Below are positions 1-10,050 of a DNA stretch of 64,000 nucleotides, one piece after another (positions within the stretch are counted from its first letter, which is position 1; every line of letters begins with the position of its first letter). The stretch is from positions 16,742,001 to 16,806,000 of the forward strand of contig CM052832.1 in the NCBI GenBank assembly GCA_028534125.1, in the 5' to 3' direction. The notes under the pieces were generated by a model. It saw nothing but the letters and a program-made list of their open reading frames with translations, was not told where the DNA came from and did not search any database. Both the position numbers and the translations under genes were made by a program. Source of the DNA: Lama glama (Eukaryota).

Positions 1-299
1 GAGAAAGGACAGGAGCCAGGAAGACACAATGAGAGGGCACAACAGAGAAGAGAGAGGGATGTGTACGAGACACAGAGACAGAATGAGACCACTGGGGGTT
101 ATGGGTGATATGTGGGAAATTCCCAAGGGATTATGTGGGAGGGACATAAGAGTAATATAGAAGGTGGTGACCAGGGACCAAATAAGAAAAATAAGTTGAA
201 ACTAGGGAAGACAGGAAAAGCAGGGAACGGTAAAGGAGAGGGATACACAAGAAGACGGCAGAGAGGATGGAGGTGGCACTGGAACAAGGCAGGTCTTAC

Positions 300-465
300 C
301 AGAGCCATTAGGGATGCTGGGAGCAGAGTGGGGCGGATTCCCACGAGGTCGGGGCTCCTGGTAAGGGGGTGGCTCTCGAGGACCTGGGCGGTTGTTGATG
401 AGGATGGTGTCCCCAGGGACAGAGAGGTGAACCGTCAGCTCCTCTTCTAATACCCGCCGCTCAGC
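300..465 (-). CDS. DDR1: DDR1 coding exon 10 (166 nt, intracellular juxtamembrane)
   Basis: [55 protein letters not shown]; cgacaag|GCT ... TCTG|gtaaga. Confidence 0.96.
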
Positions 466-3400
466 CTTGTCGTGGGGAATGGGAAACATTAGTGGCGGCT
501 ACTACTTAGTGCACACTTCCCAGCTCTTTGTTAAGTGCTATACCTGTGTTCCCTTCTTCCGTCCTCACAACGTTCCTACAGTTGCATCTACTATTAATTC
601 CACCTCACAGGTGAAGAAACAGAGGCTCAAGAGCATTTAAGTGAGTTCCAGCCATGAAATCCTACCAGTCCATAAACTTCAACACGTATCACCACCACTG
701 GACTCCCGCCTGAAGTCATGGGCTTGGGAGGCACCAGACTTCTGGTCGCTCCTCTAGCTCTACTCGCGGCCTTTTCCCACCCAGCTATGGCCCCAAGAGG
801 CTGACCAGTGTGGACTGCACCAATGGCCAGAGAGGAGCCCCAGCAGGAGTTTGGAGGGCAGGCAGCAAGTGAGGTCAGGGTGTCTATTCTCCCAGCCCCT
901 CCCCGAGGGATGGACCCAGGCCAGCTGCATGACTGAACCAAAGCCCGCCGCCCCTCTCAGGCGCCGTCTCCACGCTCGTTCCTCCTGGGTTCTGGTAACA
1001 GCCACCTCCTCTCAACCCCCGGGGCCCAGGGATGGAAGCAGCTCTGCGGTGACCAGGCCTAGGGAACTGCACTGCTTCTCGAGATTTCCACACACCCCGC
1101 CCACACCTTTGTACAAGGTCTCTTTATTAATGATGATTATTATTCTGACCAGACTGTGCTCTGTGGTCCCTGCTGGGCCCTAATGAACATAGGAGTCCAA
1201 CGCACACTACTGGCCTCATCCCACGTCCGTCCCTCCCCAGGCGGCCCCACTCCTGGTGGCCCCAAGCGCCATCCCAGTCCACCCACCTTGCTGAGGAGCC
1301 TGCGCCAGTGTAGCCGCCACAGCATGAGGGCGATGATGAGCAGCAGCAGCAGGATGATAGCCACCAGGCAGCCGATGAGGATGGCAGTTGGGCTCCCCTC
1401 GGCCTTGGCCACGGGCTGCTGGCCCCTGGGCTCCAGCTCTGGCGGAGGCAGAAGGGTCAGGACCACAGAAGGCTTCCTGCCTAAGCTGAGGGGGGCCCAG
1501 AGAGAACTAGGGGCACAGGACCCACAGGCCCTGGAGGAGGCCCCAGGGTGGCTCACCCAAGCTGCTGAAGTTGGTGGGAGGTGGGCCGGGTGGCCACCAG
1601 GGGGCGGGTGGGAAGGTGCCCCCCAGAGCCAGGGAGGAGTCATTCACAACATCTGGAGAAAAGAAAAAGGAGAGGTGAGGTAGGGAGGAGGTGACCCAGG
1701 GAGGCACACCTGCACAAGACCAAGGGTTGAGGAAGAGCAGCAGGGCTGATCTCAGTATATGTACCAACCAGCCAAGATGGTAGGAACAGGATCCTGGAGG
1801 GGCGTGGCTGTGCTGGATGTTTACCTTTTAGGTGCTGGATTGTGGGGAGAAGCAGGACTCCTGGGGAGAGCCCAGGGTGGGGACCCCGGGTATCAGGAAG
1901 CTTAGAGAAGAGCCTGTTTCTCAGCCAGCGCAGAATATTTCAGTATTTTAACAACCACACAGTCTTACTGTTCAATGTCAGTCATGAGTGAGGGGCTCAT
2001 AAAGGAAAAGCCAAGACAGGTGGGGAGAAAGGGAGGGGGGGTTAAGTTATTTGGGATACCCCTGCTTGGGAAGTTTCATGGGTAATGAGCAGATATGGTA
2101 CCAGGAGTAGATACCTGGGGGCACTATGGGTCGGCAGTCCCAGAGATTGGGGACTGGGCACAGACCAGGGGCTTACCAGAGGTGAAGGAGATCTCGCTGA
2201 AGAGTAACCACGGCCCAGCAAACAGGAAGCGGCATTGCAGAAAGCGGCCCACGCGGCCGCCCAGGGGTACTGACACGGCCCGGGCTCTGGGGTCCCCCAG
2301 GCTGCCCCCTAGGGCATGCCGCACGGGTTCCCCCTCCCAGGCCATGGCAGGGCCCCGCTTGAAGCGACACTCCACCCCACCAGGCAGGCGGGCTCCCAGC
2401 GTGTGCATGTTGTTGCAGTGGACCTGGTGGGAGGGAGGAAGGACACAGGGTCAGGGCCAAGCGAGCCCGCCAGGGCACCCACCTGGGAACTGGCTGCACT
2501 TACCTGCATGGCCTGGAAGGCCCTCAGCCGGTCAAACTCAAACTCCATCTCCACATAGCCACCGGGGAAACTGTGATTGCTCCATCCCACGTAGTCGTAG
2601 CCGGGCCAGACCCGCAACTCCTGGCTCTTCCTGAAGTCATCCAGCCCCACCACGCCATCTGCCAGCTGGCCCAGACCCCCGTACTGCAGCCTGGAGAGGG
2701 GGTGGAGGAAGAGGAGGTTGGAAGAGAAGAAAGTGTCACCTATCCGGGTGTTCTACACGCCCCCCACCCACCGCCAGGACTCTCCAGGGCAGTTTGCAGT
2801 CTCCTACTGCAGAAAGGCACCACCTCTAAGGGGCACCACTCAGCCTATGATGTGTGTGTATTTACTGGGACAGTTTCCAATGGCTGTAAGTGTCTTAGCA
2901 AAGGAGGGCCTTTTCTAATTCACATGAAGCATCATATGAGCTAGTGGTCACCTTGCTACCCCTCAATCCTGGTCATGCCCCTTGAGGCCCACCTAAATCA
3001 TCTCTCTCTGCGGTTCTTCTCTCTCACTGTGCAGACTACATACCAACCTCCCCACCCTCCATCCTCCCACCCCAGGCTCCGTATCCCGCAGGGCTCGCTT
3101 CTTTTACCCGCCAACCGTGTGTGTGGTGTGGCCATCGTAGGTGGAGTCGTTGAGATACACGGCCTCAGATAAGTACATCGTCTGCCCCACAGGGGCTGTG
3201 TAAGACAGGAGTCCATCTGGGGCGGGGGGAGGAGGGGTGTTAGGGGCATGTGGGGCCTGGGTGGGTTTCAGGCCCCTTTCTCATATCCCTCCACAGCCTA
3301 CTGGCATGGAGGAGGCAATGCTGGCCAGTCCCCTCCTCACTCAAGAGTAACAGCTCCCCAAGAGAAAGAGGATCCTGGATGCCCCTCTCCCCAGCCCCCA

Positions 3401-5243
3401 GGACAGGAACAAATTCTCAGGGGTCTGAACGACTCACCCTTCCAGAGGCAGCCGTAGAGCTCCACCCGCAGACAGACGCTCATCACCCGGTCTGCCCGGG
3501 GGTAGAAGCGAACCAGTCGGGCCACCATGGGGGGCCCAAGGTCCTTCAGCACCACTCCCCCAGGATCCTCATTACCTAAGATCACCTGTGGGCCAGATGT
3601 GGGGGATGTGTGGGAAAGGCTCCAGGTGGGGTCTAACTTTTCCATCACTAGCTGCTCCCTGGCCCCGCCCACAGAGAGACCCATGAAGGCTGGCACTGAG
3701 CACCCAGGGTCAGGGGTTACAGCCAGGCATTTGCAAGACAAGGGCCTACAGCAGTGACCTCTGATGCCTCTTGGTCTGATGGTCTGTCCTCAACTTCCAG
3801 TGTCAGCCCCCCACCACCCCTCACCTGGCTCCAGTCACTTGTCTCTAAGCCGCTCATCCCCTTGTGCCCAGATTTTATGAGTCCCTCTCAACTCTGCACC
3901 CTGCACCCCCTCTTCCTTCACCCCACTCCCTCTGTTCACTTAGCAAAGGCTGGCTCAGCACTCACTCTGTGCCAGCCAGGCAAATTGTAGGTGGTGAGCA
4001 GCAGTCCCTCCCCAGTAGGACTGGGAGTCCACTGGGAGAGACAAGNNNNNNNNNNNNNNNNNNNNNNNNNNNNNNNNNNNNNNNNNNNNNNNNNNNNNNN
4101 NNNNNNNNNNNNNNNNNNNNNNNNNNNNNNNNNNNNNNNNNNNNNGGGGTGGAGGAGAGACTGGCCTTGCTGATGCTTTGGAAGGAGATGGTGAGAGGAA
4201 AAGAGGAATCAGGGCTATCATCTTAGCTTATGGCCTGAGCAACTGGGCCCATGGTGGTACCATTTACTGAGCTGGAGAATTCAGAGAGGAGGAGTAGGTT
4301 TAGGGGGACCCAGGTTCAGCTTGAGAAGTTGATGGTAAGTTTGAGATGCCCATTAGACATCTAGGTGGAAAGCGGTCAGGTTTGCAACACTAGATGGAGC
4401 TCAGGGGAGCTGCTTGGGCTGGAGAGGGTATACACTGCAGAGTCATCAGCGGATGGGTGGTACAGCTGGAGGAGGGAGGAGAGAGGGGAGCAACCTTCCC
4501 TGGGCGCTGCCCCTGCCAGCCTCACCTCCTGGCCCCAGCGGTCCCTCCAGTCCATCCAGCGGTGGCCGTCCCGGGAGTAACGCAGCCGGTAGCTGGGAGA
4601 GAACTCCTTGCCCAGGCCCCCTGCATGCCGCCCCTGGGTGCCCACCAGTGCCACCAGGTGCAGCCGCCGCAGGTCCACCTGCAGGTACTCCTCCTCCTTG
4701 GGAAACACCGGCCCTGCAGGGCACCATGCCCCATCTCCATCACTGCTCTCCAGCCTGAGAAGGGGTGGGAGGTCACAGGGAATATGTGACCCCAGGTTTG
4801 CCTCTGTCTCCAGTATTTAAACCCCACCCTCCTGACCCCTGCCCAGTACTATGGGTGTTTCATCAGCATTGGCCCTCTCAGAAGCCTCCTGGCTTGGGCA
4901 GAGGTTTGGAAGGGCAAGTAGAAGCCCCAGGAGTTCCCTCCAGCGCAGCCCCAGGTGTGGCAGGTACCTGCTGTGGCGAGCAGCAGTGGAATCTGACCAA
5001 GAGCTGGAGGCAGAGATGTCACCATCCGGGATGGTCCGGTCCTGCATGCCCAGGGCATAGCGGCACTTGGCTGGGTGAAGACAGGCATATGGAAGGTCAA
5101 AGCCCCCGACTCGATCTCCCAAGCCCCATCCCTCAGGAGCCAGTCTCCTCACCAGGATCAAAATGTCCCTTCATGTCAGCATCTCCAGGTCCCGCCAAGA
5201 GCAGCAGCAGCAGCAATAGAGATGAGAGGGCCCCTGGCCCCAT
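300..5243 (-). CDS. DDR1: DDR1 (epithelial discoidin domain-containing receptor 1), 5' partial spliced CDS: join(5243-5153,5070-4968,4754-4526,3585-3438,3216-3108,2690-2504,2423-2177,1652-1557,1438-1287,465-300); continues left of the window
   Basis: Spliced translation [46 protein letters not shown]...[22 protein letters not shown]...[18 protein letters not shown] matches DDR1. All nine introns are GT-AG and exon phases join in frame. Confidence 0.98.
1287..1438 (-). CDS. DDR1: DDR1 coding exon 9 (152 nt, transmembrane helix)
   Basis: [51 protein letters not shown]; ccgccag|AG ... AAG|gtgggt. Confidence 0.97.
1557..1652 (-). CDS. DDR1: DDR1 coding exon 8 (96 nt, extracellular juxtamembrane)
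   Basis: [32 protein letters not shown]; ttctccag|AT ... TTGG|gtgagc. Confidence 0.96.
2177..2423 (-). CDS. DDR1: DDR1 coding exon 7 (247 nt)
   Basis: [33 protein letters not shown]...[15 protein letters not shown]; caccag|GTC ... TCTG|gtaagc. Confidence 0.97.
2504..2690 (-). CDS. DDR1: DDR1 coding exon 6 (187 nt)
   Basis: [62 protein letters not shown]; ctccag|G ... CAG|gtaagt. Confidence 0.97.
3108..3216 (-). CDS. DDR1: DDR1 coding exon 5 (109 nt, start of DS-like domain)
   Basis: [37 protein letters not shown]; ccccag|AT ... GCGG|gtaaaa. Confidence 0.95.
3438..3585 (-). CDS. DDR1: DDR1 coding exon 4 (148 nt)
   Basis: [49 protein letters not shown]; ccacag|GTG ... AAGG|gtgagt. Confidence 0.97.
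3586..3674 (-). ncRNA. MIR4640-like intronic hairpin ending at the 3' splice site of DDR1 coding exon 4
   Basis: Minus strand CTGTGGGCGGGGCCAGGGAGCAGC...CATCTGGCCCACAG has complementary ends; position and sequence resemble recalled human mir-4640; expression unknown. Confidence 0.45.
4150..4430 (+). mobile_element. L2 LINE fragment
   Basis: ggcctgagcaactggg...atggtggtaccatttactgag...gtttgagatgccc is typical of L2. Confidence 0.65.
4526..4754 (-). CDS. DDR1: DDR1 coding exon 3 (229 nt, discoidin domain, collagen-binding loops)
   Basis: [28 protein letters not shown]...[15 protein letters not shown]...DRWGQE; tctcag|G ... GAG|gtgagg. Confidence 0.97.
4968..5070 (-). CDS. DDR1: DDR1 coding exon 2 (103 nt, discoidin domain)
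   Basis: [35 protein letters not shown]; cacccag|CC ... CAG|gtacct. Confidence 0.97.
5153..5243 (-). CDS. DDR1: DDR1 first coding exon, coding part (signal peptide); exon acceptor at 5285 gives 42 nt of 5'UTR
   Basis: ggagct[39 protein letters not shown]; donor CCTG|gtgagg; acceptor cccttgcag|AGATG. Confidence 0.96.
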
Positions 5244-5559
5244 AGCTCCGGATCCCTCAGGCCTAAGGAGGAGGGGGCAGCATCTCTGCAAGGGACATAA
5301 TGGGTGGAGGTGGGGGGGGGGTAAGTTAAAGGGCGATCAGGGAGACTGGTCCCAGCCAACAACAAGAGAGACAGAATGGGCTGCTTTGGGTATAATGGCA
5401 GTAAAAGGACAACAGGCATTGTTTAACAGCATTGGCTATACTTTTAGAATGATTCCCAGGTACCAGACACTGGGCTAAACTCTGTTCCCCTCCCCACCTA
5501 CAAGCCCAGAATTCTAAGAGAAGTGGGGGACTCCAGCACCTTCTAATCTCAGTGTCCTC

Positions 5560-5690
5560 TATAGCCCTGATGGTTCCTGTCCCAGCAACTTTGGCAACAC
5601 CTGAGAGCTTGGGAGAAATGCAGAATCTCAGGTCTCACCCAAAACTGGCTGAATCAGAATCTGCATTTTAACACAATCCCCAGTTTATCT
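5560..5690. mobile_element. MER5A-like hAT fragment
   Basis: gaaatgcagaatctcagg...ctgaatcagaatctgcattttaaca. Confidence 0.65.
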
Positions 5691-6796
5691 GTGCCTATTG
5701 AGAATTCCTCACCAGGGCCCAGGCAGCTTGCCTCCCAAAAAAGCATTTCAGCTACAACTCCTTATGGACCCAGGTATCCACTCTCCCAGACCCAGCCCCA
5801 GGAAAAGTGATCCTGACCTGTCCTCTTCCCAGCAGAGGTCTGTACTGAGTTTTCCAGGCCCTGGGATCCTTCGGGGCCCTGGTGCCACTCCTCAACCCTG
5901 ACCCCCTCTGCCATCAGGTCCAAAGTGTTCCATCCCCACACCCTGCTCGGCCTTCCCAAGACCCCAACATCCTATCCATTCAGTTCCCAAATTCTGAAGG
6001 GGGCTTTCTCAGAAGGAAGAGCGCAGGGCTGAGGAAAAGGCTGAGTTGCCTTGGAGATGAGGGCGGGTCTAAAGACACAGAAGCCAGGTCACCCCAGGAG
6101 GTAGGAGGAGTGGGGGATACTCCCCCATCCCTTTGTCCTCCTCCAGTTGCTCCCACAATGCTCTAGGGCAGGAATGTAAGAGGCAGCTGAGCCCCCACAG
6201 CTCCCAGCAGCAGCTGAGGGGGCTGACTGAGTTGTGGGGGGACCTGGGTATCAAAGGAGAGTTAGAACCAGAAACATTACACCTAGCCTCTTGGGGGTCC
6301 AGAAGCTGGCACAGGGGAGCAAGCTGCTGGACCCCCAGGCAGCCAGCCTGGAATTCCTGGGTGCTCCTCTCCACCCCCACCTCTCTCGGGAACAGCGGGG
6401 CCCTTGTTCCCCTGAGTAACCTTCATGCCTATCCCAGATGAGTCATCGGAGCCAGACGGAGCAAGAGGAGCCCGGGGCAGAGATACAAAGACAGGCAGAG
6501 GATAGAAGGCAGGGGGAGACAGGGCGAGGAACACAAAGCAAGAGGTAAACAGAGCAGGCTTCGGAGTGCGGAGTGCGGGGCACAAAGCCAAGCAGAGAAA
6601 CACAGAGAGATGTATGGGGCAATCTGTTCTCTGACACCCAGTCACCCCATTTCTCTCCACTGGGTCAGAAACACCAAGGACAGGCCCAGAAGATCTACAC
6701 CAACTCTGCCCCACTACAACCAATTACAAGCCAGGGGCTGTGACACTGCCTCAAGCTCTTCACCCACCTCTCCCAACCCACAACCCCTACCCTAGA

Positions 6797-6814
6797 CAAC
6801 ACACACACAGCTCA

Positions 6815-6860
<46 letters not shown>
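6797..6860. repeat. (CA)n microsatellite, interrupted
   Basis: Direct read of the CA tract. Confidence 0.95.
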
Positions 6861-6862
<2 letters not shown>

Positions 6863-7086
6863 GAGACATGCGAACTTACAAAGCCAGCTGTAAACACTGG
6901 GGCTAGATGTAATGTGTGCATACACGCCTGCGTGAACATGTGCACACACACACAAACTGACAGACAGCTCCCTCACAGACTTTCAGACAGACACTCACAT
7001 GTGATATCCTGATAAATCTGTTACACACGTAGACCCCCAGCCAGGGCAAACACAGACACTCATACCCACATCAACTCCATCCACAC

Positions 7087-7143
7087 CTCGACATTCTTTC
7101 CAAGTTCAATCCCATCACTTAGTGAATAGCCCTCTCCGGACAC
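7087..7143 (-). other. DDR1: DDR1 non-coding 5'UTR cassette exon (57 nt)
   Basis: gtcacag|GTGTCCGGAGAGGGCTATTCACTAAGTGATGGGATTGAACTTGGAAAGAATGTCGAG|gtgtgg; resembles the small 5'UTR exon I recall from human DDR1 mRNA. Confidence 0.75.
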
Positions 7144-7849
7144 CTGTGACCATGAAATGATAGACACCATGTGCTCCTACGATCAGAGGACAGTGTGAGA
7201 CACACACACGCAGGTTCTCAGGCACAGGCTCCCAACAGACTGGAGCCCACTCCCTAATAACCAAGGTGACCAAGCAAGAAGGAAGTCAATAGAGTGGGGA
7301 ACGGAAGGAAACTTGGGTGGCTGGAGTGACTTCACCTGTCTCCACTGTATCGCTCAATTCTGGACACACCAGGGTGCCCCCAGCAACAGTGGGTCTGAGC
7401 ACCAGACTCTGGCTGGGGGTGGAGGTACTGGAAAGCAATGTCCAGCCAGCAGGGGACCTTTGTGGTAAAGGATGGAGGCCGGGGAGGATGGTGCTTACTG
7501 GACAATGACAGTATCTCATGTTGGTAACAAATGGACTATCCAACGTGGCTGAGTGACTGTCACTGGCAGGTTAGGTTGTCAAGCCCTCTCTCTGCTGGGC
7601 TGAGGCCAGGCTGCCCAACTGGGAGGTGGCCAGGTGGAGGCTTAACAGTTAATAGATGCCCACAGGGACTGGCTAGGTGGGAGGACAGGCCCACTTCTCC
7701 AGGAAGTCGAGATGATTCAGTGGGTCCACATAAGAGCACCTGTCTTCCTGGGGTTCAGTTCCTCCATATTGAGTAAAAGGGGTCCTTCCTCAAGGCTGGA
7801 ACACTTTCTCGGAGGTCAGGGGTCCCCCTCACCATTTTCAGATAGTAAG

Positions 7850-8520
7850 CCAGCGAACCGGGGAGGCGGGCAGGGACAGACTGAGCGGCGCTGGGCAACC
7901 CAGTCCAGCCCGGGAACGTCCTGCCTCCGGGCCAGGCCCTCATCCTTCGGCCGCCGGCTGCCGCGCGTCTCCGGAGCCCCAGGCCGCCGCCCTCGCCCCT
8001 CGGCCCCGCAAGGGTCCTCCCGCCGTTCTCCCTACCTCTCATCGCTCTTCGCGGCAGACCCCGGCGTCCGACCCCGGAGCGGGGCCTCCTTGGCGGTGGC
8101 GGGGCGCGGGGAGGGGGAGGCGGAGGGAGCCAGGAGCCGGGAGCGGGAGGCGCCGGCGGGGCTCGGGTGTCGGGAGGCGGCTCCCGAGAGCAGCTGTCGG
8201 GGGCCTGTTCCGGGGAGAGGAGCCAGGGCTGGGGCGGCTCGGGTCCAGGCGCCGCCTCCCCACCCCCCGCTCCCCCCTCCTCACTCTCCCCTCCGCGCTC
8301 GCCGCGCTCCCGGGCCACTGCCCTCCCTTCCCCCTCCCGGGCCGAGCAGTCCCTGCCGCTCCCACGCCCGGCGCCGAGCTCCCGGCCCCGCGCTCCTCTG
8401 CGTCCCGCCACGCCCACCCCGCATTCCCCCGCGCGCCCCAGCCTCCCCCAGGTAACCGCGCCGCAGTCCTGGCCGCAAGTTCGGCGCTGCGTGCCCATCC
8501 CCCTCCACCCACCCACGGCC
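7850..8520. promoter_or_regulatory. CpG island, main DDR1 promoter
   Basis: Very high GC and CpG density with GC boxes, overlapping the first exon. Confidence 0.85.
8036..8270 (-). other. DDR1: DDR1 non-coding first exon (5' end approximate)
   Basis: Lies in the CpG island and ends ...GAAGAGCGATGAGAG|gtaggg (donor at 8035-8034), similar to the recalled human DDR1 5'UTR. Confidence 0.7.
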
Positions 8521-9729
8521 CACCTCCCTGGATCCCCACAAAGGAGATCCGAAGCTGAGGCCCCAGGGGCCAGCTGTGGACCAGCTCAGGGCCTCCAACA
8601 CTCCCAGGTGCCACGAGGGGATGCCCCCCTCCTACTTCTCCTTTTCTGGGCTCAGTTCCTGCAGAGGGAGGTGAAGGGGAGCAGCCCCAGGGCACAGGGA
8701 AGGAGCAGGTTCCCACAGGCCCGGTGCCCGGTCCAGCAGCAGCAGAAGTTTGAATGGGGGAAGGGAGCAGGGTTCACCTGTCCACCCAGGCCTCCTAGAC
8801 CGTCTTTTCACACCACCAACCTTGCTTCTCTCTGGCACCCTCTGAGCCTCTGGTCCTCTACACCCCAACCCAGCCCCAGCCCCTCTCCACTCAGCCTCTT
8901 CCTCTAAGTTCCTCCTTCAACTCTCCAGGGCCCACCCCGTCCAGGGCCCACCCCGTCCTCTCAATGACCCTAGAGTCCAGACTCCAAGGCCCTGGTTCCC
9001 CTGGGCTCCCTGCTCAAAGCCCAGAAGTCCCCCTCAGGGCAGGTCTCCCTCAGGCCCAGCCAGCTCTGGCCATGGTGGGGTTGGAGGGTCTGACCACTGG
9101 CAAGGATAGGCCTGGACAAGGTGAGTGGTGGGGAGGAGGAGGAGGATAGGGAGGTAAAGAGAAAAGCACACACAGCCAAAAAGGAATAGTACCAGAGACC
9201 CCGGGCAAGATGGGTGCAGAGACTGAGTAAACAGATCCAATGAGAGAGAGAGAGCACGCGCTCTCCCCGGCTACTGGCTGAGGTGGGCAGGACAGAGAGT
9301 TGTGGGAGGGATTCCAGTCCCCAAACCCACACACCCCTACACCCCCGACCCCCTACCCCCTCTCAGCACCACCTCTACCTCGGACCCCACCACCTCTCTC
9401 CACACCCCACTTGCCAATCACCTGCAGAGTAAGGTCTCACTCCATAGCAGATATGGGCCCCACTGCACCTCACAGCAGATACGTATAAACTCACCCTACG
9501 TGCAGTTCCAGACAACACTCCCAAGAAAGAAACACGAAGTCCCAGACAAGTACACAAAAGCACTACCAGGAAGAGGCTGGCCCCTGGGAGAGGCCAAGGC
9601 ACATATGGGTACGAACTCCAACCTACAGGTCAACACATAAACCCTAGGACGCCCCAACTGCTAAGGGACTCAATAGACAGCCCCATGGCCACTCTGAGAT
9701 TTGCCTCTTTCCATCGTCCCCTCCTACCA

Positions 9730-10050
9730 AACCCCCGGGATTCCCCGGCGCACCTACCCCTCCGGAGACGGCCGCTGGGGAACCTGGGCCGGGGGTGGAG
9801 CCACGCCGGGGTGGGTGGAGCCAAGGTTTCCCAAGTAACCTTACCAGGGCGGACTCTCAGCCCCTCCTTCCAGGGGCTGTGCTCCCGGGAAGCCCCGGGC
9901 AAGCGGCCGGGCTGAGCCGCAGCCAGACCCCTCAGGGAAGAAGCAGCAGTCCCTCACACCCCAGTGGGACATTTCACACCCCAAGCCCACGCTGACCCCA
10001 GCCAGGTGGCATGGCGGTGCCAGACAGAGGAGTCCACTGCGGAAAGTAGA
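9730..10050. promoter_or_regulatory. CpG-rich block, candidate alternative DDR1 promoter or first exon (donor CTG|gtaagg, exon end 9845, minus strand)
   Basis: Local CpG enrichment plus a consensus minus-strand splice donor. Confidence 0.5.

Noticed and set aside
1156..5478. Plus-strand ORFs of 100-237 aa within DDR1
   Set aside because: Antisense shadows of GC-rich DDR1 exons and introns with no independent gene structure.
7712..8907. Long overlapping ORFs of 225-253 aa on both strands
   Set aside because: Stop-poor GC-rich CpG island with low-complexity G/P/A/R composition and no recognisable domain.
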